From Podarcis tiliguerta (taxonomy: Eukaryota), in assembly GCA_965153285.1 (NCBI GenBank), contig OZ229117.1: a stretch of 64,000 bases of DNA; one strand, written 5' to 3'. Position 1 is the stretch's first letter, and each line of letters starts with the position of its first letter. The notes beneath the pieces are model-generated. The model was given only the letters and a program-made list of their open reading frames with translations, had not been told where the DNA came from and did not search any database. This document shows positions 50,606 through 63,200 of this stretch, in pieces. A program made the position numbers and the translations under genes.

Positions 50606-51716
50606 AAACACCAACAAAAATGACTATTTTTGTATGGTTATGCACTTACAGCTGCCATGATTCATGCTGGAAACTAATTTGCCTTCAGACTGGAATTTGA
50701 GGGGGATGTTCATACAAAAATGATCCCTAGAACTTTCCTCTCTAAGTCAGTCATGGGTAGATATCAGACTTAAACAATCACACCCACACCCACACCCACC
50801 CACCCAGGGCTGGCTCTATTGTTATAGTCCGTATTCAATGCTAGTGATACTCAGAGTAGACCCACTGAATTTAATGGACTTAACAAATTAATGGCAACAT
50901 GAGAATTTAAAATCATAGCTGTTTTTCAATTCACATAATTGCTTTGGGAAGTGCAAATTAGGAAGGTTCACATTGAAATGTAAACTAAATCCAATTTCTC
51001 CCTCATCCCTAGAACTGGAAGTTATGAATCTTTTTTGATCTGCTGTAAGTCACCCAGATGTCCACCAGTAGATTCCAATCTACTTCTGCCCATCTCTTCC
51101 CTAAGCCACCTCACCCAAAACAAAGTCCATTTTATGCATGCATTCTGTCTCAAAATGGAATTGAAGCAGAAGCCAAATTCTCACAGGCAAAATTCTCTGG
51201 AACTGGCACCTTTTGAGCTATAACGGGAACAATTTTATAAATCACCGATTAACCAGGCGTCAGCATCAAGTTGTGATGATTCCAGAGAGGTCAGATAAAC
51301 GCCAGTGGCTTTTCTTCCCCTTCTGCATCACTTACCATCTGTCTGTTTGGCTAGTTGTCAGTTCTTTCACTGAGGTCACATGCGTGGTCATGCATGTCAG
51401 AGTGCGGGATGAGGAGATGGGAGAGCTGCTGATGCACGGGGTGGGGGTGGTTGCTTTTGGAACCACTTCAAATGGCAAACATTTTAAGATTATGCAACCA
51501 AAAGGGGAAGCAAAATGATGAAGAGGTTGGAGCAATGAGGAAAGGTTGAAACATCTGAGGCTTTTTAATTTAGAAAAAAAAAAAAGCACACAAGGGACAA
51601 CACAACAGAGGTATATAAATTTCGGCATGGTGTGAAGAAACTTGGATAGAGAGAAGTGGTTGGGGCAAGCAAATGAAGCTGAATGTTGAAACATTTGGGA
51701 AAAGCAAAAGGAAGTA

Positions 51717-51914
51717 CAGTCGTATCTGGGATCCCAAATACCTTGCAAGTCGAACATTTTGACTCCTGAACACCACAAACCCAGAAGTGAGTGTTGCAGT
51801 TTGTGAACGTTCTTTGGCACCCGAATGTCCAACAGGGCTTCTTTGGCTTCCAAACATTTTGGAAGTCGAACAGACTTCCAGAACAGATTCCATTTGACTT
51901 CCAAGGTATGACTG
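51717..51914. mobile_element. Tc1/mariner (Tigger-like) MITE
   Basis: TA|CAGTCGTA ... TATGACTG inverted termini and internal AAGTCGAAC repeats. Confidence 0.8.
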
Positions 51915-51965
51915 CACTTCTCAGCACAGCAGAGTTAAACTCTGGAATTCACTCCCACCAGAAGT

Positions 51966-52392
51966 TGTTGTTGTTTAGTCGTTTAGTCGTGTCCGACTCT
52001 TCGTGACCCCATGGACTAGAGCACGCCAGGCACTTCTGTCTTCCACTGCCTCCCGCAGTTTGGTCAGACTCATGTTTGTAGCTTCGAAGACACTGTCCAA
52101 CCATCTCGTCCTCTGTCGTCCCCTTCTCCTTGTGCCCTCCATCTTTCCCAACACCAGGGTCTTTTCCAGGGAGTCTTCTCTTCTCATGCGGTGGCCAAAG
52201 TATTGGAGCCTCAGCTTCACGATCTGTCCTTCCAGTGAGCACTCAGGGCTGATTTCCTTAAGAATGGAGAGGTTTGATCTTCTTGCAGTCCATGGGACTC
52301 TCAAGAGTCTCCTCCAGCACCATAATTCAAAAGCATCAATTCTTCAGCAATCAGCTTTCTTTATGGTCCAGCTCTCACTTCCATACATCACT
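51966..52392 (-). mobile_element. BovB (RTE) LINE, 5'-truncated 3' end
   Basis: ORF 51975-52304 is the BovB C-terminus, with a (TTG)n tail and a 9-bp TSD ACCAGAAGT (51957-51965 / 52393-52401). Confidence 0.95.
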
Positions 52393-53653
52393 ACCAGAAG
52401 TAGTGATGACTATTAGCTTAAATGTTTTTAAAATAGGATTCTTTTACAGAGGACAAACGTATCAGTAACCACTTGCTAGCTATGATGACTGAGGGTTATA
52501 TTCAACTAAGTTCTACCCAGAGTGGATCAACTGAAATAATAGACTTAAATTTATAATGGCAAAGGGTTGGATTAAAGTACATGGGTGCACCACTACTGCT
52601 GACACAATGAGTCCCACTACTGCAATGTGACTTCCCCACCCCCGTCCCTGCCCCGTACCTCCTCCAGTTGGCTCAGAGTGGTCAGGTGAACCTCCAGAAC
52701 AACATGTGGTAGAAACAAGAGGAGAGATTGTTCTGTGTGGGAGGTAAAAATGCTTGTATTGATGGAACAACTACAATGTTGACTGTCTCCCAATGGGTCA
52801 GCAGAAGCAACATCGGACACAACCATATGTTCTACCTCCACTATATGTTTCGGGATACCAGTTTTGGGGAATAACAAGCAGGGAGAGCACTATCACACTC
52901 AGGTTGGCTTCCCATAGGCATCTGGTTGGCCACTGTGAGAACAGGAAATTGGACTAGATGAGTCATTGGCCTGAGAAAGTGGACATGCCAATTACATATG
53001 TAATAATTTCAGTGAGGGATGAATGGGATCATCTATCCAATAAATTTGTGAACTGGGGCATAGTTAATTGCAGTTCTTTTTTATTTATTAAAAAAGTCAT
53101 ATCATTCTTCCTTCATCTACAGAGTGATGTTTTAAAGCACAGACTGGATCGTTCATTGTTTCCTCTTCCCGTCTCTTGCTCTTTTTATGCCCCATCCCTT
53201 CACTTTGACTGTATCATCCCAAAAGTCTATGTTTATCAAATTGTATAGGAATGCTCTAAGACAGAACACTACCTCAGACCCCATGCAGTCACCTATGTTT
53301 ACACCAACCATCACAAATACAGATGAACACAGCAATGTTTAAGATACTGCTGAGGGCACAATAACAAGGTAAGTTATTGGCAAATTATTTCTATTCTTCA
53401 AGCACATATTTTCTCCCTAGAAAGCATCATTATTCTGCCACATAACATATTAAGATGAAATCTGCCTGCAAGCAAGAACTTTGTTCAAGGTCAAATATAA
53501 GGTATCAGAAAGTAAAATCAGGTGTTTTATTTACCGTTTACACGGGGCATGAAGCACCAGCAGAGATTTAATAGGTAGTTTCTTTTAATCTTACATTTCA
53601 CCTGTAATCGCACAGTTGCTCTATAAAGTTTGAAAATCTTAGCCCTAAAGTAC

Positions 53654-54160
53654 TGTTGTGAGTTTCTGGGGTTAGGATCTATGCCTGATCCCCTTTCTGA
53701 TTCCTAAATCCAGAATGCATTCAATTGCTGGAATAGGCTAATGTCTTGGTGAGGTAATAGCCTAAGTATGGGTTGTTAAGGTAACAAAGGAAGTGGCTCG
53801 TTGCCAGAGGACAAATGGGTGCCTCCCCTCCTCTGCTGCCTGTTGATTAGAAAGACAAAGAGTTGAGTTGTGTGTACAAGCTAAAAGCTGCAAGCTGCAG
53901 GGTGGGCAGCTAAGAGATAGAGCCATGCTTGATTTCTTTTGGAATTCAAGGTTAAGGTTATGAAAGAAGCAAGACGTTCTTGGGCTGTTAATGCTCTGAG
54001 CCCCTCCACCACGGGCTCAGGTAGTATAAATGTGAAAATAAACCATATATCACAAATACACCACAGTCTCTGCTATTCCTCATTCCGAGGAAACCGAACC
54101 CTGGGTAAGTTCCTGGAACCCCTGGAATCTTGCACCCTTCAGAGATTGGGGTGATGTGCA
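53654..54160 (+). mobile_element. Solo LTR
   Basis: Starts TGTTGTG, has AATAAA near 54036 followed by U5-like sequence, and ends near GTGCA. TSD unclear. Confidence 0.55.
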
Positions 54161-54394
54161 TATTGGCATTCATAACCCAAATCTTTCTCCAAACCTCACT
54201 GGCATGTAGGAATATACATATTTGTTAGTTTCTGTTCCCTCTGTTTCGATTTTTTTTAAATCTTAAATTCAATCCATCACATATCCTCATCAGTTTCAGT
54301 TAAAAAGAAAAAAGCCAACGCAGATTACAGTATTTCATGAAGCTAAATAAAAACAGTAAAATAATAATATTGATTTAGCAAGAAATATTTCTTA

Positions 54395-56010
54395 TTTATT
54401 TTTGTTTATCCTATTTATAAAAATATTTATTCACCACTATGTCATTTAAAAAGTGTCAAAGTGGTTTACAACAAAAATACATAAAACCAGACTGCAAAAA
54501 CTACATAAAAGATAAAAACAGGCATCAATTTACCATTGTGGAAAGATTTGCCTGCATAGGTTTGGAGGAAAAGGAACATTTTCAGTGGATATTGAAACAG
54601 AAGGTACCTGCTAAATTTCTGTTGGCAGAGTCTTCCACAATACTGGGCCAATGACACTGAAGGCTCTATTTCTTGTTACTATCAAATGAGCCTTATCAGC
54701 TCAAGAATGACCACCAGTGATGGTCCTGCAGGTGATCTGAGTGATCAAACTGGGATATAAGGGTTCAGAAGATCCCTGAGGTACCCTGGACCTAACTTGT
54801 TCAGTGCTTTGTATATCAATGTAAGCATCTTGAATGTGGCTCAGTCATAGAAGGGCTGCTGGCACAGCCTTTTTTTATAATAATGATGCCACATGTTCTT
54901 GGCTAGATGCTTCCATCAGCCATCTGGCCACCACATTCTACACCAACTGAAGCCTCCAAAGCAGATTCAGGGGCAGCCCCACATAAAGCACATCACTGTA
55001 ATCCAGTTTTAAGGTTACCAATGCATGGACTACTGTAGTCTGGCTATCCCTGTCCAGGAACAGCCATATTTAGTGAACCAGATGGAGCTCGTAAAAGGGC
55101 ACAGAGGGTATCTAGTAACAAAGATGTATCTAAGAGTACCTGCAAGGTACACACTTGCTCCTACAGGGGGAGAGCGTCTCTATCCAGAATATGTAACCTG
55201 TGGGAATGTTAAGGATAGTAGGGAAGAATTTACTGGATAAGTATTATCCTTCCTTCTTTCACACTAGTGAGTGATGTAGCAGAGCAAATCCTCCTTAATA
55301 TACCTGGAAGCTAGTTTGCAGGTTCATTTGAATCTCTTAGTTCAATTTATTCCTGGTGTCCCCTTTGATCCCTCTCAAAAGAATAAAGACACAAGAGTCT
55401 TTCTGAGTAAAGTAACAAAAAAGTTTACTCACATTTCAGTTCACGAAAAGATCCCTGAAACCTAGGCTTTACTGGGTAGTTACACAATAAACAGTGAGTT
55501 TATCTCCTATGGAGACTGAACTCATGTGCTGCTGGCTGAGAGCCAGCAGACAGCAAAATTACAGTAAGAATACAAATTGGCTGCAGGAGAGCAGCATGGC
55601 AGCAAAAGAACAGCAAACAAAACAAGAAGAAAAAAAGACTGGCAAAATGGCTGTGTGACTCGGCTCTTTTGTGGAGTCAGCCATACCTATCTCCCAGGTC
55701 ACATGCAGGGGGGAGAAGATCCAGAGGAACAGGAAGTTACACTGACTAGATGTCCCCCTGCCTGTGTCCACTCTAGGGAAATAAGGAATTTTGCTTTTGA
55801 CTGCACCAATGGATTACATCCCACATAACTTGCCTATCTCCCAGCTCAGGATTTGATTTCCTCACATCCTAGCTTTCTCATTATTGTTTGCAATGGCTGT
55901 CGTCTCTCTGCTGCTGTTTTGACACAGTTCTGTTTCTCCCTATATTATGCATCCTCAAGAGATTCTAGTCAACCAAGGATCACAATTTGTATGTCATAGT
56001 GCCATGATGC
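54395..56010 (-). mobile_element. Old L2 LINE fragment interrupted by a solo LTR
   Basis: TTTATT-rich L2 3' tail at about 54395 and decayed RT-coding sequence (GTAATCCAG = LDY; GGGCAGCCCCACATA = YVGLP on the minus strand). It appears to continue after 55826. Confidence 0.6.
55199..55825 (-). mobile_element. Solo LTR (627 bp)
   Basis: Inverted termini TGTGGGAATGT / ACATCCCACA, 5-bp TSD TAACC / TAACT, and a minus-strand AGTAAA near 55424 followed by GTGTCTTT. Confidence 0.8.
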
Positions 56011-56239
56011 AATGTAGTGAACATTGGCCTGGTTTCGTCTGTACCTGGGGGCACAACTTTTCAAAAAAGAAACTTTTTTTTTTCAAAGTTAAGAAAAGAG
56101 CAACCATAATCACAGAATCACATGCTTGTGATTGCAATAGAAGAATCTTTCACCCAATATGAGGCTCAAACCCAGGGCCCTGAGATTAAGTGCTACCAAG
56201 TGAGCTACCCATCAAATGATCAAGGGAATGGAACACCTT

Positions 56240-56945
56240 CTCTCTTCCATAAAACTAGAACTTGGGACCATCTGATAAAGCTGATGAATGTTGGAATATT
56301 CAGAACAGATAAAAGAAAATATTCACATGGTTAAACTTTGGAATTCAGTCCCCCAAGATGATGACCACCAAATTATATGACATTAAAAGAGGATTAGACA
56401 AATTCATAAAGATAACAGTGGCTACTCACAGCTAGCTGTGATGACTATGCTCTACCTCCACCATCAGAGGTAGATCCAGTATGGATAACAGCAGCAGTGG
56501 AGGAAGCCGCTCAGGCGCCTGGGGCAGTGCGCCCAGGGGTGGGGTGAGCTGCCCATAGGGGCAGGGTGCACCGTGGGGCCTCTGGAGTCTGCCTGCCTCC
56601 TCCCACTCAGCCGCTCTACAGCTGGGGGGAGGGGAGGAGGCAGCAGGCGAACTGTTTGGGCAGTGTGGCGCCTGTATGCGCCCAAGCCACCGTGTCTCTC
56701 CCAGGAGAGACATGTGGCTTGGGCGCACTGCAGGCCCCATGGTGAGTGTCACCCAGCATTTTGTCCCCCCTCCCCCAGTGGTGACACCCGGGGGGCCCGC
56801 ACCAACTGCACCCCCTTCCTCTGCCCCTGAATAACAGTTTCTGAGGATCACAGGTGGGGAGAATTCAATTCTACTTATGTCCTGCCATGGGGCTTTCCAC
56901 AGGAATCGGGTTAGTCACTGTGAGGATGCTAGACAGACTGTCCTT
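56240..56945 (+). mobile_element. CR1-type 3' end split by a hAT MITE
   Basis: FRTDKRKY-coding segment and TTAAAAGAGGATTAGACAAATTCAT motif. Confidence 0.7.
56492..56829 (-). mobile_element. GC-rich hAT MITE (same family as 24317-24663)
   Basis: 8-bp TSD GATAACAG / AATAACAG and CAG...GAGGA / TCCTC...CTG termini. Confidence 0.8.
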
Positions 56946-57270
56946 ATGGTCTTTCAGTTGCCAAACTGCTTCATAAAAATACCAATAGGAGATGCTTAGA
57001 AGCCTGCTCATGATCATGGACCCCAATAACACAACAAGCAAGCCAATATATAAGTCCGTATACTATCACAGCAATGGCCTCAGCAATTACTTTCGGCTGT
57101 TGTTAGTTGGGGGGAGATGTCAGCTTCAGGTTCCACAGGTTTAAAATACCAACCTGTTACACATTCAGTGGAACAGATTCCACCACACAGCTGCTTTGAG
57201 GACTGAAACATAGTATCAGGGCACAAACCACAGAGTCCTCTTTGAATTCATGTGTCAGCTCTCTCCCCCT

Positions 57271-57354
<84 letters not shown>
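57271..57354. repeat. (TCTG)n(GT)n(GA)n compound microsatellite
   Basis: Direct inspection. Confidence 0.95.
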
Positions 57355-57355
<1 letters not shown>

Positions 57356-57955
57356 GGGCTTGATCACTGGGAGGGGGATATAACAGTGGGATGCAGATCA
57401 ATAAGGTTTTAGAACATGTTTACAGGAGAAGAAAGCCCATTATTAAAATGCTCTCTGGATAATGCCTGCTTGATGTGTACGTGAGAGTTTTTGTGTGGCA
57501 AAGGTAGGGGAGAGCGAAGAGCAATTCATCTTTTTCCATTTGCAGATGCTATAGAAGGGATGACTCAATGTTTCTGGGAAATGCAGTAACAGGAAACTGT
57601 TTATTATAGAAGAGATCAAATAATAACCAATCAAAGGGAAGAGAAGAAGCATCTCTCAGAGCAGAAATTGCTTCAACTCTCTCTCTCTCTCTCTCTCATG
57701 GTTGCATTATTGATGGTGCTTTCCACTCCCTTCCACACAGATGGTGTAAACTTTCTAGTGAAATTTATTCTGACCTTAAGGACGACAATGTGATATTGAG
57801 ATTGATTTTCTCTCTCTTTTAAATGCATTTGGGGAACTGCATTAGCAGAGCATGAGATTCATTGGGGCGTGGGGAGTTAAGGATGAGCCCTGGAACTCAA
57901 AGCTGCATGTGGGACAATAAAGAGTGTTCCACGTGAAATTGGGATTCACTTCAGT

Positions 57956-58738
57956 TGTGGTTCGAGGACCCGACCCCCGCGCCGTGGAAATGAATAGACA
58001 AGGACACGTGATGTATGGTTTATGGGCATGGAAAAGGCCACAACTTTATTGGTTACAGCAGTGAAAAAGGTATTGGCTTAGGCATTGGATGTCCACCACA
58101 GGGTTGAATCACCAGTGGGCGGAGCCTGTTGATGATAATACAACTAAAGCTCTCCCCTGACGTCACCGGGGGTCGTGCCATGGCCTCCCGCCAAGCAGGC
58201 ATCGGACAGAATACACGACCCCCAAATTCCTTTAACGGAATACCCAAAAATTGAAGGCTTAGGCGATGGCCACACCTAGCCTTCCAACACACCATCACGC
58301 AATAATCCAATGCCTAACCTACCCACCAATACCACAAAAGTTGTGACGATTGCTACGAGGTAGGCGAAAAAACCCCATGGCCTACTGCCATGCGGAAAAA
58401 CTCCTACCAGGCACCCCGACTAACCAGGGCGACCAACCTAAGGTCCATAGCAAGGCCGAGACCCTAAGCTAAAGGGAGTGGCGGGTGGGTGACTCTCGGC
58501 AAGACGAGGAGGAAAGAGGCCGGGAGGAGGGCTGGTGCTCTGATTTAAAGCTCGCTGGACACGCCCCCCAGCGGCACCCGATTGGGTGCCAGCTGGTGGG
58601 CGGGGGCGCCAGCCAGGTGAGCTAGGTAAGCAGGGGGCAGTTGCCCCCTGCTAGGGGCGGAGCTCGGGCTCCCGCCCACAACCACTCCCCTCTCTTTCAG
58701 GGAGGAGAGTCTTTTTAAGGAAGGTGTTGCATGTGGAG
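57956..58738 (-). mobile_element. LTR-like terminal module, possibly DIRS/Ngaro (copy B, CpG-rich)
   Basis: TGTGG...CCACA core at 57956-58680 plus about 58 bp of conserved extension. Minus-strand GC boxes, CCAAT (58581-58585), TTTAAA (58544-58549) and AATAAAGTTGTGGCC (58036-58050). TTCAGT direct repeat on both flanks. Confidence 0.75.
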
Positions 58739-60044
58739 TTCAGTGGATACAGCAAAGCCACTACAATAGAGGCACCCACTTGAAGAAGTTCAGGAAATCT
58801 GTGCCCATCCCCAATGCTGCTGAAAGAGTTCAGTCAGCCATCACCCCTGACCATTGTTCATGCTGGTTGGGGCTTGTAGGAGTTGGGATCCAACAAATTC
58901 TGAAGCACCAGAGGCACTACATTCTTGTTCTCGAGCTTGGGATACATCAGAATTAGATTAGAACCTCATTCATGTCTTTGAGTGGTTGTGGGCTTAAAGT
59001 TGAGAAGTGGCCAGGGCTTAATTAGTTGTGGCATCAACTTGCAGCACCAAGTTCTTCATGTGCAGGCAATGATTTTGTTTGCAGGAACATGCCAATCCCA
59101 ACCTACAGTCTAAAGTGGTACAGTCCATACACATGAAGTGGTACACAACTACCACCAGTTGAGACCTGGGGGGTTCACATTACAATAATAATACTGCATG
59201 CATATTCTAGATTCCAGCCAGTATGTTCCTCATTCTCATTGCTTCACAACATATTCAATTGTTTGCATATTTGTCTGTGACAGGTTCATTATCTCCCGTT
59301 AATTGCCTTAAGCATGATAATCAAAACAAACTGGGTTGTTGGGTGCTATCATTGTACAGGAAGCACAGGACAATTGATCAGATTTCAAAGTGAGACAATT
59401 TGGTGTCATTTCAGTAGTCACAACAATGGTGTGCCATTCTGCTATTATCTTAATGACAGAACACTGCCATAATCACAAAGATCTGTGTGCTGTAATTGAA
59501 TTTAAACTCCACGAAGACTTAAGAAATGCCGTTCTAAAGAAGAAGGATCACATTTTAGGAGGTTCATGTTCTAGAGGGCCATATTCGCTCCTGGGCAACC
59601 TTCTGGGGGCCATGTACTAATGGTGGGTGAGGATAGAGGCAAAATGTAGGTGGAGCAACAGCTGTAACTCTTACCGTTGTGCAGTAGCCTATAGTTGAAA
59701 ACTCAAAGTTTGAGAGACAGGCAGGCAGACTTCTATTCTTCTTTCAGGCAAACAAGAGGCAAAAGAACTTGGAGAGGATTTGGAGCAGGCCAGTGAGCAA
59801 TAAGGCCTGAGAAGAGGGATGTTTGGCCACAGAAAGAGGCGTGGCTTAGGCAGTCTCAGAGACAGAGGTGTGGAGGGCTGCATTTGATTACTGGGACTGT
59901 ATACTGCTTTTCACATATGCAACAATGCTGGAATCTGTTTCACCCATGATAAAATTCCAGGGCAGAATCTGGAGAATCAATGTTGGGTAAAATGTACAAG
60001 AAATTTCAGGGGGTGTTTTGCGGGGGGCAGGGAGGTTTTGATGG

Positions 60045-60245
60045 AACACAGAGCAGACCTGTTTTCTTTGGCTCTGCAGGGTAGGATAAAAATCAATAGA
60101 TGGAAATCACCATGAAGCAGATTTTGGCTTAACATTAGGAGAGTCTAACAGAATGAGCTGTGGAACAGATTGCCTTGGGAGATGATCGGCTCTCCTTCGC
60201 TAGAAGTATTAAAATAGAGATGAGATAGCCATCACTCAGTGGTTC
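60045..60245 (+). mobile_element. Decayed CR1 3' fragment
   Basis: TGGAACAGATTGCCTTGGGAGATGATCGGCTCTCCTTCGCTAGAAGT encodes WNRLP..SPSLEV. Confidence 0.7.
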
Positions 60246-63200
60246 TGTGGTTGCATTCTGGTTGCAGATAAAGGATAATGACATATGACCTCTATAGTTC
60301 TATATTCTCAAAATGGCTGCTCCCCTGGGCTTCAAGTTCTTAGCTAGCCATTTCTAGATATCCTAACTTCTCTGCACCCCCTCATGGAACACTGGTTGCT
60401 GCTCTAATTGTAATTCATGTAGATTAAGCAACAGGAAATGATTCTGGATGGCCATATTCAGTCTATGAAAAAGTTATAATTAGTGTGGCAGCTTGTGGAA
60501 TTTCATTAATAAGATATACTGTCAGCAATCAAGCTCAATGGTGCTTCAAAGTGTTCCTTAAATCATCATTTGTAAAAGAAAGCTACCTTTATTTTGCCAC
60601 CTATAATTCAACAGTCAATGCCTTGAGTTGTAAATCTAGAATTTCAGAGTGTTGTAATATAAAATATGAAAGATGAAATGAAAATGGGTCTGCCATATAA
60701 ATCTGCACCTGAAATTCAGTAGTAGCCTCCAAATCTGGTAAATGTTACACACCTGTGATATACACAAATTAATCCCTTTGTGTATGTTTCAGTGTGTACA
60801 CAGCTCTAAATAATTATACACATCAGGAAATGTCACTTGTACTTCACAAGCATATATATCTCCCCCATTAATATGATGATTTTCAAACTCCTCTGATGGC
60901 ATTTAGGCAAGCAGCAAAAACATTATTTATTCTATGTGGCTAATATATATATGTGTGTGTGTGTCTGTGTATGAAGGATTTTAGCTCTGATATTTTTGTT
61001 TGAAGGTTTTTGTTTTAATTTTTATTACTGCTGGGAGGAGCACAGAAAGAAGAAATGCCATGGTACACTTGCATCAGCACAACCAGATGCCTTCATGTGC
61101 CCCCATGTCTCTCCTGTTTTAGCCTCTACAGTCTACAGTCACAGCAGACATAATTCTCCAATGGTTTGTCTTTACACCCAAAGGCACACTCCTCCATTGG
61201 CTCCTGAGACAGATGGATGCCAAGCAACTTTGCTTTGAATTTTCTTTTCCTTTATGTTATGTATGTGTATGTGTCTCTGAGTGCCTTGGGGAAGGCGGGA
61301 GGTTGAGAAGGGGGGTGAGGAGGACTCTCAGAACCCAGCATTTGGTTGAATTTGTGGATTGTCTGACTTTCAGACTAACATTAATAGCTGCCACTGCAAA
61401 TCTCCATGCACTCCCATCCCTTCAAGGCTCATCCAAATAGCATCATCATTGCTTATCTATATGCCACCTTTTCAGAGTAAACTATGTTCAAGCCAGCTCC
61501 AAACATCAAAATATTATACATAGTTCACTAACACTAATAAGACATTAAAAATGTAAATGGTCATATAAATAATAAACTAATGATAGTCACATTAGTGACA
61601 TCCCCAATGATGTCACGTTGATAAATATACAATAGAATTAAACAATCCATTGATAATTCACAAGATAGCTGAACATTAAAAATGCAAGAACATAGCACAG
61701 ATTTACAGCAAAAACAATGCATTGCCAAAACTAAATCTTGTCCCAGCAATAAAGATGGAAATGGACCAGCCAAGCAGGGAACAGGTCAATGGACTAAGAA
61801 CTCCAAACCTCTCCATGATGTCTGATTTGTGACCTTTCTTTCTGCCTCCTGGTATATGGAATAGTTTGCCACACACTTTGCCTGTTGTACAAAGCCCTTC
61901 ACAGAAAACTTCCTCACAATCACAGGTTTACGGAACATGTGAGAGAGGGGAGGAACACTACCATTGGTGTGACCCTCTGACCACACCCCTGACACGTCAG
62001 ATGAAAGGTACCTCTAACATGTCGTCACATGGAATTACCTAGTGGAGCCTTGTGCTCATTAGGCCTGGTAGGGCATAAGACAGGGAGTCCAACAGTAGGT
62101 GGAGTGGAGCAAATACCTGGCAGACCTACAGTCAATGATAAGTGGAGCCAATGAACTCTGCTTTTACCGCCAACCTCCTCCAGTTTGAATTCCACAAAAG
62201 CAATACTAAGACTAAGGAGGAGGAGGCTGACAGCTAGTGACACCCCCTAGGCTGGATGGAAATAAGGAGATAAGCAGGTGGGAATGGCTGAAGGCAGAAC
62301 CTCACCTGCTCTAATGGACCAGCCTACATTGGAAGTATCTATGTTCATAAGCTGTATGCATTCAACTGAATGTTCTGATATTAAGGTGTGGTCAGCAGAT
62401 AATTGAAAATGGCTCAACACCATGGAGGGATGAGTGTGCATGTGCTTAAAACCCAACCTCATGTTCTTCTGTACCCCATGAATCTTGAGTCTGCTATGCT
62501 GTTTTACATGTACACGTGTGCATCCTGACACAAAGAAATCCACATGCAATGGAAGAAGATGCTTCAGGAACAGATTTTTCCTTCTACTCTGCTACTCACC
62601 TTGGGAAGGACAATATGGTCAGCAGGCTATGGGCTAGAAATCTGCATTTGGTTTTACTGTTTCCCTCTCAGTTGTGCTCAATAATGTTTATTGCTCTCCC
62701 CAGAACAGGGAAACGTGGCAGTCATTCCTCAAGCTTTCAGCTGTTTTATTGTGCTCAGGACAGCCACATGGTAAATATATGGGCTATTCATTTTGAGCTG
62801 CACTGCAAAATTTTCAGTTGGTTGTACTGTTTGTTTCTGTCTACTTCTTTTCCTTTTTAAAAGGAAGTAATTCTTATATTACATAGGGAACCTCCTTAAA
62901 GACAGGAACATAGGAAACTGCTGCAGTGACTGACAATGGCTCTCCAGAGTATCAGGCTGGAGTCTCTGTCCTACCTGGAGGCACCAGGAAGTGAACCTGG
63001 GACCTGGTGCATGGAAAGCATGTGCTCTGCTGCTGAAATACGACCTTTGTCCATCAATAGAAATATATCCAAATCTGTGCTTTGCTACAGATTTGTAAAT
63101 ATAGTAAATTTGGTAATGTGGGGTGGGGGTTTTGGTGGTGAGGAAGAGGGGAAATTTTTCAGTGATGAGTAGTGAGATTTATAGCAAGGTTCACTTGCTG

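Noticed and set aside
51332-51927. Longest ORF (190 aa) and overlapping ORFs
   Set aside because: They run across a Tigger-like MITE and a CR1 fragment and give no coherent protein.
53323-53368. Plus-strand exon candidate with strong donor AAG|GTAAGT
   Set aside because: It has stops in all three frames and a weak acceptor. At most non-coding, with no further support.
58340-58370. TGACGA...GCGAAA hammerhead-like core in copy B
   Set aside because: The conserved C of CUGA is missing, stems I and III cannot be formed, and copy A lacks GAAA here.
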